Shown: positions 41,775 through 52,281 of the stretch, in pieces
Layout: every line of letters starts with the position of its first letter
How positions within the stretch are numbered: the first letter of the stretch is position 1
Source of the DNA: an uncultured Gemmatimonadales bacterium
GTDB taxonomy: Bacteria > Gemmatimonadota > Gemmatimonadetes > Gemmatimonadales > GWC2-71-9
Assembly: GCA_963822925.1 (NCBI GenBank)
Contig: CAWGJN010000006.1
Location: forward strand, 78,910 to 142,909
Direction: 5' to 3'
DNA: 64,000 nt
Program-made: the position numbers and the translations under genes
The notes under the pieces: model-generated
Databases searched by the model: none
The model's input: the letters and a program-made list of their open reading frames with translations, nothing else
Told to the model about the DNA's origin: nothing

Positions 41775-43196
41775 CTACTTCTTGACCGAGTACTTGTAGC
41801 TGCTGATCCCCTCACCCTTGGCTTCGAAGGAAAAGTCCTTCGTCGCATCGGGCGCCAGCGGCTCGATGGCGACTTCCTGCGTCGCGACCGTCTTGCCGGA
41901 CTTGTCGAGCATCTCGAAGACCAGCGTCACGGGAGCGGGCGGAATCGACTTGCCAGTCTTGGCGTCCATCGCCGCCAGTCCCTTGGCCGTGCCGCCCAGC
42001 GTCGCGCTGGCAGCCTTGAGGGTGAGCTCGGTGATCACCACCGTCATTGGAAGCTGCAGGACCCGCTCCGCGATGGCGTTCGCTTCCGTCGGCTTCTTGT
42101 CGAGCTGGTATCCTGCTCGCTGCAGCCGCAGAGCGTCCTGGTTGAGCGGCTCCGCCGCGACCAGCTTGGACGCCGAGGCCGCCAGCTGCGGTCCATCCTT
42201 CAGCGCCAGATAGCTGTTGGCCTGCGCCTGCAGCGCGCTCACGTTGGTGGGCTCGGCAGCCAGGACCTTGGTAAGCAGCGCCACCGCTCCCGCGTAGTCC
42301 TTCTGATTGTACAGACTGGTCGCCTGGGCGAGGTCGGTGTTGGCAGTCGGACCAGCGGCCGTCGTGCTGCCGGTCTGGGCGTCAATCGCCTGAGCCTTGT
42401 CGGTCTGGCCGGTGGCACGGTATGCGCGCGCCAGCGCCTTCTGGGCACTCGTGTCGGCGGGATTGGCTTTGAGGTACTGCTCAAGGAGCGGCACTGCCTC
42501 CGCCGCCTTGTTGCTGTTGATCAGCAGCACGGCCTTGGCGTACGCTGCACGGCTGCGCAGCTTCACTTCGTTCGTATCGGTGGACGTGCCGGCGGCAACC
42601 TGGGAGAAGTAAGCCAGGGCGCTGTCGTTCTGGCCGCGGTCGGCATAGATGACGCCGATGTAGTACGGCGGGAACGCCGCAGCGGGCCGGAAGGCGTGCG
42701 CCTCCTGTAAGGCCTTGAGCGCGGCCGTGGTATCGCCGCCCTGCAACGCAGAGACCCCGGCGTTGGCAATAGGTGCGTACGCGATGCTGCGCAGCCGGTC
42801 AACCTCGGCCTTGCAGTCGGGGGCCAGCTTCTCGGCACGCGCCAGCGCGGTATCAGCACCCGCCACATCGCCCTGAAAGAGGTCGACCCACCCCAATCCG
42901 AACCAGGCGGCGGGAGACTTGTCCTGGGCGTCGGTGGTGATGGCTTCGGTGATCACCCGGTTGGCCGAGGCGAGCAGCGGCTTCGGGTCGTTCTTCGACT
43001 CGATCGCCGACTTGAGGTAGGTGTAGCCGCTGGAGACGTTGAACTGCTTGCCCTTGTCCGCCGAGCACGCGGGGGGCCTGTACTTGCCGCCAGCTTGATC
43101 GAACATGGCCTTCGAGACCGCCACGTTCTGTGCGGCCGCGGGCATGACAGCCATCGTCACCAGGAACGCCGAAACCATCAGGGGCTTCATCATCAC
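41775..43196 (-). CDS. secreted tetratricopeptide-repeat protein
   Basis: Signal peptide MMMKPLMVSAFLVTMAVMPAAAQ, multiple TPR-like Ala/Tyr-rich helices, and a beta-rich C-terminal domain. 473 aa. Confidence 0.7.
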   Translation of the reverse strand: MMMKPLMVSAFLVTMAVMPAAAQNVAVSKAMFDQAGGKYRPPACSADKGKQFNVSSGYTYLKSAIESKNDPKPLLASANRVITEAITTDAQDKSPAAWFGLGWVDLFQGDVAGADTALARAEKLAPDCKAEVDRLRSIAYAPIANAGVSALQGGDTTAALKALQEAHAFRPAAAFPPYYIGVIYADRGQNDSALAYFSQVAAGTSTDTNEVKLRSRAAYAKAVLLINSNKAAEAVPLLEQYLKANPADTSAQKALARAYRATGQTDKAQAIDAQTGSTTAAGPTANTDLAQATSLYNQKDYAGAVALLTKVLAAEPTNVSALQAQANSYLALKDGPQLAASASKLVAAEPLNQDALRLQRAGYQLDKKPTEANAIAERVLQLPMTVVITELTLKAASATLGGTAKGLAAMDAKTGKSIPPAPVTLVFEMLDKSGKTVATQEVAIEPLAPDATKDFSFEAKGEGISSYKYSVKK

Positions 43197-43281
43197 GCTT
43201 GCAACTCCGGGTTGAGAACCAGCATCTCTGGCAGTGCACGTAGCGGTCCAAATATCGCCCGCCCGACAGGAGACCGCAAAC

Positions 43282-44433
43282 TCAAGCCCGATATAGCCAT
43301 CCGGCGCCTGTGTTGAAGATCACAATGCGCGATTCGGGGCCTACTGTCCCCTTCTGGCACAGGTGTCTCACGGCGGCGAATGCCGCACCGCCCTCCGGCG
43401 AAACGTCGATGCCCTCCAGGCTCGACGCTGCGCGCGCCGCATCGCTCAGTCCCTCATCGGACACGGACACCGCACCGCCACCGCTCTCCCGAAGGGCCCG
43501 CAACATGAGGCGATCTCCGAGTGGCGAGGGCACGCGAAGGCCCGCGGCGACGGTCTGCGGATCCGCCCACGGTTCAGCATGGTCGGCGCCCGACTCAAAC
43601 GCTCGCACCACTGGCGCACAGCCGGCGGCCTGCACCGAGAACAATCGCGGAGGAGTACCCTGCACCCACCCCGCGTCGATGAGCTCGTTGAAGGCCTTCC
43701 ACATGCCGATGAGACCAGTGCCACCGCCCGTCGGATAGATGATGGCGTCCGGCATCGTCCACCCGAACTGCACGGCCAGCTCGAACGCCAAAGTCTTCTT
43801 CCCCTCGATCCGATAGGGCTCGCGCAATGTGGACACATTGTAGGCGTCGTGTTCCAAGCCCCAGGCGGCGGCAAGGCGACCGGCGTCACCGATATGGCCG
43901 TCGACGAGCTCCAGCTCCCCGCCGAAGACCCGCACCTGCTCCAGAATGACGCGCGGCGTCGTCCGGGGCGCAAACACCCGGGCCGTCACGCCTGCACGGC
44001 TGGCATAGGCGGCGAGTGCCACGCCCGCATTCCCGGCGGTAGGAATGACCAGCCGGGTGACGCCCGCCGCCACCGCGCGCGTCACTGCCGCGCTCAGTCC
44101 GCGCGCCTTGAACGATCCCGTGGGATTGATGCCCTCATCCTTGAGCCACAGGTCGTTGAGTCCCATCTGTGCCCCACTCCGCCTGAGGTGGAGCAGCGGC
44201 GTGTCCCCCTCACCCAGCGTCACCGGGTGCTCACCATCGGCCAAGGGCAGGAATGGCCGGAAACGCCACATCCCATGACCCCGCCTCACTTCGGCGCGCG
44301 CGGTGACCGTCGGAGCAGGACGCTCGTATCGTACCAGCCAGGGCTGGCCACAGATATCGCAGACGGTTGGCAATCCATCGGGCGCGCGCGTGTTGGCACA
44401 CGCCGAGCAGGCGAGAATCCAGTCGAGGGTCAT
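43282..44433 (-). CDS. thrC: threonine synthase (PLP-dependent, with N-terminal Cys4 zinc-ribbon)
   Basis: ATG 44433 gives MTLDWILACSACAN...CDICG. GEGDTPLL and the PLP lysine context NPTGSFKARG are present. The longer track ORF overlaps uvrC. Confidence 0.8.
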   Translation of the reverse strand: MTLDWILACSACANTRAPDGLPTVCDICGQPWLVRYERPAPTVTARAEVRRGHGMWRFRPFLPLADGEHPVTLGEGDTPLLHLRRSGAQMGLNDLWLKDEGINPTGSFKARGLSAAVTRAVAAGVTRLVIPTAGNAGVALAAYASRAGVTARVFAPRTTPRVILEQVRVFGGELELVDGHIGDAGRLAAAWGLEHDAYNVSTLREPYRIEGKKTLAFELAVQFGWTMPDAIIYPTGGGTGLIGMWKAFNELIDAGWVQGTPPRLFSVQAAGCAPVVRAFESGADHAEPWADPQTVAAGLRVPSPLGDRLMLRALRESGGGAVSVSDEGLSDAARAASSLEGIDVSPEGGAAFAAVRHLCQKGTVGPESRIVIFNTGAGWLYRA

Positions 44434-44434
44434 G

Positions 44435-46306
44435 TCAGCTGCCCTGGAGATGCTCGAGGATGCGTTCGGCGAGGCGCGTTGACACGCCCTCGACACTGGC
44501 GAGCTCCGAGACCGTCGCGGAACGCACGCCGGCAAGGCTTCCGAACCGCTCCAGCAGGAGGCGGCGGCGCTTGGCGCCGATGCCGCGGATGTTCAGCAAC
44601 TCGGACGTGATCGTGCGCTCGGAGCGGCGCTTGCGGCTGTAGGCGACTCCGAACCTGTGCGCCTCGTCGCGGGCGCGCTGCAGCAGGCGGAGCGACGGAC
44701 TGCGCCGCGGCAACCGGAGGCTCTCGGCACGCCCGGGGATGAACACTTCCTCCTCCTTTTTCGCCAGGCTCACGAAGAAGACCTCGCCCATGTCGAGCGC
44801 GCGCGCCGCGTCGAGCGCGGCTCCCAGCTGGCCCTTGCCCCCATCGATGACCATCAGGTCGGGAAGCGGAATGCCCTCGTCGCGGCGACGCGTGAGGTAC
44901 CTCGTCACGACCTCGTGAATCGCCGCGAAATCATCCTGCTGCCCCAGCCCGCCGATGCGGAACTTGCGGTACTCGCTCTTGCGCGGCCGGCCTCCCTCGA
45001 ACCAGACGAGGGACCCGACGGTATCGCGGCCGGCATTGTGACTGATGTCGACGCAGACCAGGCTCCTCGGCACCTTCTGCAGGCCGAGGTCGCGCCCCAG
45101 CGCGTACACCGGGTCCTCGGCCCGTTCCTCTGTTTCGAAAGACTCGATCCGCAGGCTCTCGAGCAGGTGCCGCGCATTCTGCTCGGCGAGTCCGAGCCAC
45201 CGGTGCAGGATACCCCGCTGGGGCAGCGCCCAGTCGGTGCCCGGCTCCAGCTCTACGAGCAGATCGAGCTCGGCGGGTGGGAACGGCAGCACGACGCGGA
45301 TCACGCGGGCATCGGTCGGGAGGTAGTAGCGCACGATGAATGCATTGAGGATCGCGGCATCCTCCTCGCCCTCGACGTTCTCAAGGAAGCGGTGCTCGCG
45401 GCCAAGCACCTTTCCGTCGCGCACGCGGAGAAGCACGGCCACTGCGTCGTCGCCGTCACGGGCAAAGCCGATCACGTCCGCATCACCGCTGCCCAGAATC
45501 TCGACCGCGGAGCTCTCCTCGAGCTTTTCCAGCCAGCGGAGCGCATCGCGGTGCTCGCTCGCATGCTCGAAATCCTCCCGCTCCGCGGCGACTGCCATCA
45601 GTTCCCTGACGCGCAGGCGAATGTCCTGGGTCCGTCCCTCCAGGAACGCGAGCACCTCCTCGATCATTCCACGGTAATCCTCCTGGGTCTGCCATCCGAC
45701 GCACGGCGCCTTGCACCGCCCGATGTGATAGTCCAGGCAGGGCCGCTCCCGCCGCTCCCGGGGCAAGTCGTCACTGCAGCTGCGCACGGTGTAGATCCTC
45801 CGCACGATCGCCAAGGCGCGGCGCAGCTGGGACACATCGGTGAATGGACCGAAGTAGCGGGCGCCGGTCAGGTCCCGGCGGCGGGTCACCAGCACGCGCG
45901 GGAACGGCTCTCCGATGGTGACCGCGATCGAGGGATAGCTCTTGTCGTCCTTCAGCCGGACGTTGAAACGGGGGCGGTATTCCTTGATGAGGTTGTTCTC
46001 GAGCAGCAGGGACTGCGCCTCGGAGGCTGTCACCACGGTCTCGACGTCGGCAATGAGGCGGCGAAGCAGGATGTCCTTGGGGGCAGCAACGGGATCACTG
46101 GAGAAGTAGCTGCGCACGCGTGAGCTCAGGCGCTTCGCCTTGCCGACGTAAAGCACCTGACCCTGCGCATCCTTCCACAGATAGACGCCCGGACCATCGG
46201 GCAATGTCTCGAGCTTGCGCTGCAGTGCGTCCGGCCCTGCCTCGCCGCGCGTCCCATCCTTCACCGTCATGCCTGAAAGTTCGCCACTGCGGGCACCGGA
46301 CGCCAC
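44435..46306 (-). CDS. uvrC: excinuclease ABC subunit C
   Basis: GIY-YIG domain (GVYLWKDAQGQVLYVGKAKRLSSRV), UVR domain, endonuclease domain and C-terminal HhH2 (IRGIGAKRRRLLLERFGS). The start may be ATG 46270 instead. Confidence 0.95.
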   Translation of the reverse strand: MASGARSGELSGMTVKDGTRGEAGPDALQRKLETLPDGPGVYLWKDAQGQVLYVGKAKRLSSRVRSYFSSDPVAAPKDILLRRLIADVETVVTASEAQSLLLENNLIKEYRPRFNVRLKDDKSYPSIAVTIGEPFPRVLVTRRRDLTGARYFGPFTDVSQLRRALAIVRRIYTVRSCSDDLPRERRERPCLDYHIGRCKAPCVGWQTQEDYRGMIEEVLAFLEGRTQDIRLRVRELMAVAAEREDFEHASEHRDALRWLEKLEESSAVEILGSGDADVIGFARDGDDAVAVLLRVRDGKVLGREHRFLENVEGEEDAAILNAFIVRYYLPTDARVIRVVLPFPPAELDLLVELEPGTDWALPQRGILHRWLGLAEQNARHLLESLRIESFETEERAEDPVYALGRDLGLQKVPRSLVCVDISHNAGRDTVGSLVWFEGGRPRKSEYRKFRIGGLGQQDDFAAIHEVVTRYLTRRRDEGIPLPDLMVIDGGKGQLGAALDAARALDMGEVFFVSLAKKEEEVFIPGRAESLRLPRRSPSLRLLQRARDEAHRFGVAYSRKRRSERTITSELLNIRGIGAKRRRLLLERFGSLAGVRSATVSELASVEGVSTRLAERILEHLQGS

Positions 46307-46327
46307 CTGCTCAGTCCGGAGCCACCC

Positions 46328-47866
46328 TCAGCGACGGAACCGGAGGACGAAGGCACGAGCCTCGCGAATCCCGAGGAGGTGCGTGATGCCCACGTAGATG
46401 GCGGCGTAACAGCTCATCACGACGACAAACACAGGAATAGGGTGCTGCCGGGAAACCAGTTGCAGGACCAGCCACGCGCCAAGGGCGGCGATGGCCGCGG
46501 CACCCCAGAGACGTCCCAGAAGTCCCGGGTCCGTTACCGGAACGCCCACGACGCGCGAGAGCGACCGGCGCAGCAAGAGGAACTCGAGCCAGCCCGCGAG
46601 ACTGCCGGCCAGCGCCAGGCCCGGTGCGCCCCAGGTCTCCTGGATCCCGTACAGGCGCGGGAGATAAACCGCGAGAAGAAACCCGAGCGCGATGCCGACC
46701 GCGACGCGGATGAGCGCGAACCGCATCGGGGTTCGAGTGTCCTGGATCGCGTAGAAGGTGGACGAGTACAGACGACCGAGGGTGCCAGGCAAGAGGCCGA
46801 TACCGGCGCCCGCGAGGATGCGCCACACGTAGAAGCTGTCGGCCCGGTTGAAGCGACCGGTCTCGAACAGCGCGGCCGCCACCACCTGTCCCAGCGCCAG
46901 GAAGATGCCGCAGGTGGGAATGACGAAGAAGGAAATCTGCCGGAGCCCGGCCTCGAGCCGGGCACGCAGGTGTCCATTGCGCTCATCCTGGTCGGTGGAC
47001 GCGCCCGACTCACCCGACATGCGCGGCAGCTCGGCCGCTGAGACCGACATGCCGAAGAGGCTCACTGGCAGCACGTAGAGGTTTTGGGCGTAACTCAGCG
47101 CCGCAACCGCACCACTCGGCAGGAGCGTCGCGATAAGCGTGTCGACATACGCGCTGATCTGGACGACGCCGCGGCTCAGGAATGCGGGAAAGAAGTTGCG
47201 CACCACAGTGCGAACGTGAGCCTTGGTGCCGCCAACGGTACCATGGATCCCCTTCAGCATGGCGGTCACCGTGGGAAGCTGCACCAGCACCTGCAGTGCC
47301 GCGCCGACGACTGACCCCCAGGCTGCGACAACCACCAGCTCGGCCTCACCGACGCGCCCGCCCCAGAAGAGGAGCGCCGCGATGATGGCGAGGTTCCAGA
47401 CGACCGGCGCGGCGTAAGACAGGAAGAACTTGCCGTGGCTGTTGAGCACGCCCAGGCACCACGCGGACAGTACGAAGAGCCCGGCGCCGGGGAAGAAGAT
47501 CCGGACGAGGCGGATGGTCAGTTCGCGCTTGGCGCCCTCGAATCCCGGCGCGATGAGGTCGATCAGGAATGGCGTCGCCAGCACGCCGAGCAACACCAGG
47601 ATGCCGACCACGAGCGCGAGCAGGGCGCCCACGGCGCGCGCTACCTTCCGCGCCTCTACCTCATTGCCGGCACCAAGCAGCCGGGCGTACACCGGGATGA
47701 AGGACGCGGACAGCGCTCCTTCACCGAAGAGGTTCTGGAGCAGGTTCGGGATGCGGAACGCTGCGGCAAAGGCGTCAGCGGCATCGCCGACGCCGAGGAA
47801 GTGTCCCAGCGCTCGCATCCGGACGAGCCCGACGACACGGCTCGCCAGGATGCCCAGCGCCACCAT
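46328..47866 (-). CDS. murJ: lipid II flippase MurJ (MviN)
   Basis: 512 aa and polytopic, with the N-terminal motif SRVVGLVRMRALGHFLGVGDAADAFAAAFRIPNLLQNLFGEGALSASFIPV. Confidence 0.9.
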   Translation of the reverse strand: MVALGILASRVVGLVRMRALGHFLGVGDAADAFAAAFRIPNLLQNLFGEGALSASFIPVYARLLGAGNEVEARKVARAVGALLALVVGILVLLGVLATPFLIDLIAPGFEGAKRELTIRLVRIFFPGAGLFVLSAWCLGVLNSHGKFFLSYAAPVVWNLAIIAALLFWGGRVGEAELVVVAAWGSVVGAALQVLVQLPTVTAMLKGIHGTVGGTKAHVRTVVRNFFPAFLSRGVVQISAYVDTLIATLLPSGAVAALSYAQNLYVLPVSLFGMSVSAAELPRMSGESGASTDQDERNGHLRARLEAGLRQISFFVIPTCGIFLALGQVVAAALFETGRFNRADSFYVWRILAGAGIGLLPGTLGRLYSSTFYAIQDTRTPMRFALIRVAVGIALGFLLAVYLPRLYGIQETWGAPGLALAGSLAGWLEFLLLRRSLSRVVGVPVTDPGLLGRLWGAAAIAALGAWLVLQLVSRQHPIPVFVVVMSCYAAIYVGITHLLGIREARAFVLRFRR

Positions 47867-47910
47867 CAGCGCCGAGCCGCGTCGTGCCGCAGGTCTGGCT
47901 GGGGGAGTGG

Positions 47911-48189
47911 TCAGGCGCTGGGTGGTGGTGGGAGGGTGCGTGGCGGCGCATCCTCGATGAGCCGCTGGAGGAACTGGTTCTCCTCCTTGAGCTCCTGCAC
48001 CGCACGAGACAGGTCGTCCACGTCGCTCTCGAGGAGCTCTACCTTCTTCGCGAGCTCACCTATGCCCACGGGTTCCTGCGCCGGCCCTTCCAGGCGTCGC
48101 GCCAGCGCCCGCCCTATGGGCGAGTCGAAGACGATCCCCATGATGGGAATCATCAACGCGACGAGGAGCAGCAGGGCAATGATGGACAT
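47911..48189 (-). CDS. small single-pass membrane protein with coiled coil (PspB-like topology)
   Basis: 92 aa: MSIIALLLLVALMIPIMGIVF (TM), then ELAKKVELLESDVDDLSRAVQELKEENQFLQRLIE, then a Pro-rich tail. Confidence 0.5.
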   Translation of the reverse strand: MSIIALLLLVALMIPIMGIVFDSPIGRALARRLEGPAQEPVGIGELAKKVELLESDVDDLSRAVQELKEENQFLQRLIEDAPPRTLPPPPSA

Positions 48190-48201
48190 TGGTCCTCGAA
48201 C

Positions 48202-49731
48202 CTAGGAGCGGGTCCCTACCCCTTCAAGGGCGCGACCATACCAGGACTCTGCCTCGGCCAGCACCGCATCGAGAAACCCCCGACCGTAGCGCGCCAGGAA
48301 CGGAGCTACGGTAAAGACGCGCTCCTGCGGCTTGCCGTCCGGCCGCACCAGATTGCGCGCGCGAGTCACCTGGCTCAACTCCGTCTCGCTTCGCTTCTTC
48401 AGGTGCTGCACCAGCTTCTTCTCGATCTCGTCCACTCCGCGTACCGCGTTCCCACGCGCACCCTGCACAGTCTTCTCGAGAGTCGGGTCGATGCCGACGG
48501 CGGCGGCGGCCAGACTGCTGTATTCCTCCTCCAGCGCATTCCGCAGCCGGGCCACGGTCGAGGTGACTCCCTCCGGCAGCTGCGATCGCGCGATGCGACT
48601 CTCGATGACGCCATCGGGACCGAGCAGGTCTTCCGCGTTGAGGTTGAACTTTGCCATGACGCGTTGGACCCTGGGTTCGACCACAAGCCCTGACCACCGC
48701 GCCACCGGCAGCTGCCGGTCTACGCCGAGCGCGGCATAAACCGGCGCCGTAAGCGCGAGATAGCGCAGCTCCCCTGGTCCCGCGACATACGCCACCGTCG
48801 GCAGTACCGCACTCTCCACCACCGGCCGCAACAGCACGTTGGGAGAAAGCCGCTCGGGCTCCGCGGCCGCAATCGCCGCGAGCTCTGCCGTGCTGTACAA
48901 TTCGCCGCCCCGCCGCGTGCGGAAGCCGTCGCCGGCGCGCACCAGACGGTCGCGCCCCTGTGCACCATCGAGAAAGACGAGCGCGGCGCCGTCACCAACC
49001 GCGACCCCGGGATCCTCACCCTGGTTCGCCAGCCGTGCGGCCAGCGGGATCAGCGGCGCCTCGATCGTTTGCGCCTGTGCCAGTGCACGCATCATGACCG
49101 GCGCCGCGAGCTGCTTGAGTGAACAGCATCCCGCATCCATGCAGACCACGCCGAGCGGGGCCACCAGTTCCGCGAGTGCCCCAGCATAGGCACCACCCAC
49201 CGTGACCTCCGGGCGATAGTGTCGCTCCAGCCACGCCATCGTTTCGTCGGCGAAGCCGTCGCCCGGCAGGTCGGCCCTGAGCGCGGCGAGCGCCGCGAGA
49301 ATGTCGGTGCCGAGTGGCTCGCGATACATCGGGGCCATGACCGCGTCAGCCGCGCGCTCGCGCAGCGTCACGTGCCGTATGCTGCCGTCGGCCGCCGGCC
49401 ACGCCGCACGATTCGCCTCGGCGAAGTCGTGGTCGTCCGTCGCGAGCCAGAACACGGGCACCACGGGCCGCCGCCACTCCGCCTCGAGCCGCCGGGCCAG
49501 TGCCGCCACGGAGATCGCCTTGTAGATGGTGTAGAGCGGCCCGGTGAAGAGGCCCGGTTGCTGGCCGGTGGTCACGACCAGCGCATTCGGTTCGAGAAGG
49601 CGCGAGCGCGGATCCGGCTGTCCTGCCGGGCGCACCGCCGAATCGAGCAGGCGCGGGTCCACGCCTCCGGCGCGCGGCGAGGGCATCGGCACGTGCGGGC
49701 GCAAGGGCGTCGTAACGAGCTGGAAGGTCAC
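48202..49731 (-). CDS. bshC: bacillithiol biosynthesis cysteine-adding enzyme BshC
   Basis: The hallmark TTGQQPGLFTGPLYTIYKAISV motif is present. GTG 49731 forms a GTGA overlap with the stop of the upstream methyltransferase gene, giving about 509 aa. The 711-aa track ORF extension lies inside that gene. Confidence 0.8.
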   Translation of the reverse strand: MTFQLVTTPLRPHVPMPSPRAGGVDPRLLDSAVRPAGQPDPRSRLLEPNALVVTTGQQPGLFTGPLYTIYKAISVAALARRLEAEWRRPVVPVFWLATDDHDFAEANRAAWPAADGSIRHVTLRERAADAVMAPMYREPLGTDILAALAALRADLPGDGFADETMAWLERHYRPEVTVGGAYAGALAELVAPLGVVCMDAGCCSLKQLAAPVMMRALAQAQTIEAPLIPLAARLANQGEDPGVAVGDGAALVFLDGAQGRDRLVRAGDGFRTRRGGELYSTAELAAIAAAEPERLSPNVLLRPVVESAVLPTVAYVAGPGELRYLALTAPVYAALGVDRQLPVARWSGLVVEPRVQRVMAKFNLNAEDLLGPDGVIESRIARSQLPEGVTSTVARLRNALEEEYSSLAAAAVGIDPTLEKTVQGARGNAVRGVDEIEKKLVQHLKKRSETELSQVTRARNLVRPDGKPQERVFTVAPFLARYGRGFLDAVLAEAESWYGRALEGVGTRS

Positions 49732-50447
49732 GCCGCGCGTCCGATCAGCAGCGCGCGCGGTGCTCCATCGATACATCGCGCACCCTGGTAGTCGCCGAAT
49801 CGCTGTTCGATCACGACGCCCGCGGCAGCGAGCATTGCCTCGAGCTCTGCCGCGTGGTACAGTCGCACCCGCTCGCTGAACTGCCGGCCATCCGCCAGAT
49901 GAATCTCCTTGATCACGTACAGCTGGTCGGGCGAAAGGTATTTGCGCAGGCGGCTTCCCCGCTCCCCGGGCAGAAACGGTCCCGCCTGCGCCGCCACGTG
50001 CGACAGCACCTGCGCCGCGTTGAGGAAGTCGAGGACAAGCCACCCGCCGGGTCGCAGGGTGGACGCCATCCCCGCGAGGGTCTGCGCATGCTCGACGTCG
50101 CTCTCGAAGTAGCCGAAACTGGTGAAAAGACTGAGGCAGGCATCCATCGAGTGCGGGCGGATCGGCAGGCGTCGCATGTCGGCGCGCACCAGCGGTGCCG
50201 ACGTCACCTCGCGCGCCCGCCGCAACAGCACACTCGAGAGGTCCAGCCCGATGGGTCGCAGCCCCACGCCTTCGAGGGCCGCGGCATGACGCCCGGGCCC
50301 GCACCCGACGTCGAGCACGCGCCAGCCTCCGGTCCACCCCGTGAAGCGCCCGATGAGCGAGACCAGCTGCTCCGCCTCTGCCGCATTGCGGTGAGGATAA
50401 AGCAGCAGGTAATCATCGTTGAACCAGGATTGAAACCATTCAGTCAT
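49728..50447 (-). CDS. class I SAM-dependent methyltransferase
   Basis: Motif I VLDVGCGPGRHAA and post-I LDLS are present. 239 aa. It is translationally coupled to bshC. Confidence 0.8.
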   Translation of the reverse strand: MTEWFQSWFNDDYLLLYPHRNAAEAEQLVSLIGRFTGWTGGWRVLDVGCGPGRHAAALEGVGLRPIGLDLSSVLLRRAREVTSAPLVRADMRRLPIRPHSMDACLSLFTSFGYFESDVEHAQTLAGMASTLRPGGWLVLDFLNAAQVLSHVAAQAGPFLPGERGSRLRKYLSPDQLYVIKEIHLADGRQFSERVRLYHAAELEAMLAAAGVVIEQRFGDYQGARCIDGAPRALLIGRAA

Positions 50448-50478
50448 TCGGATTCTTCAATGGGCTGCCGCCTGCCGC

Positions 50479-50937
50479 TCATTTGTGATAGGGCTCGCCA
50501 CGGAGAATCGTCCACGCCCGGTATACCTGCTCCAGCACCACCACCCGCGCCAGTTCGTGCGGCAAAGTTAGCGGACCCAGGCTCCAGGCGAGATCCGCGG
50601 ACTGCACCAGGTCAGCGGCGAGGCCGTTCGATCCCCCGATCAGCAGGCTTACGGGGCGGGCGGCGGTGCGCCAGCGATCGAGCTCCCCGGCCAGGGCCTC
50701 GCTGGTGAGGCCTTTCCCCACACGGTCGAGCACCACGAGACGGTTGCCCGCCGGCAGCTTCTCGCGCAGCCGGCTTGCCTCCTCCTTGAGCTGCACCGCC
50801 GGGGATGGCGCGCGAGACGCCTCGCGTACCTCGACCTCGGTGAGGTCCATGAAGCGCGCGACCCTCGCCGTGTAGTCATCGGCGAGGGCCCGGTATTCCG
50901 GCCGGAGACGGCCGACGGCGACGAGGGTGAGCTTCAC
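50479..50937 (-). CDS. rlmH: 23S rRNA (pseudouridine1915-N3)-methyltransferase
   Basis: 152 aa, SPOUT fold, C-terminal LEQVYRAWTILRGEPYHK. Confidence 0.9.
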   Translation of the reverse strand: MKLTLVAVGRLRPEYRALADDYTARVARFMDLTEVEVREASRAPSPAVQLKEEASRLREKLPAGNRLVVLDRVGKGLTSEALAGELDRWRTAARPVSLLIGGSNGLAADLVQSADLAWSLGPLTLPHELARVVVLEQVYRAWTILRGEPYHK

Positions 50938-50940
50938 CCG

Positions 50941-52248
<1,308 letters not shown>

Positions 52249-52281
52249 GGAGTTCTCCGGCGCCGCAGCGCACGGCCTGGG

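Noticed and set aside
49732-50337. N-terminal 200-residue extension of the bshC ORF (711-aa track ORF)
   Set aside because: It lies entirely inside the methyltransferase gene in another frame and is Arg/Ala/Gly-rich. The GTGA-coupled start at 49731 gives a BshC of normal length.
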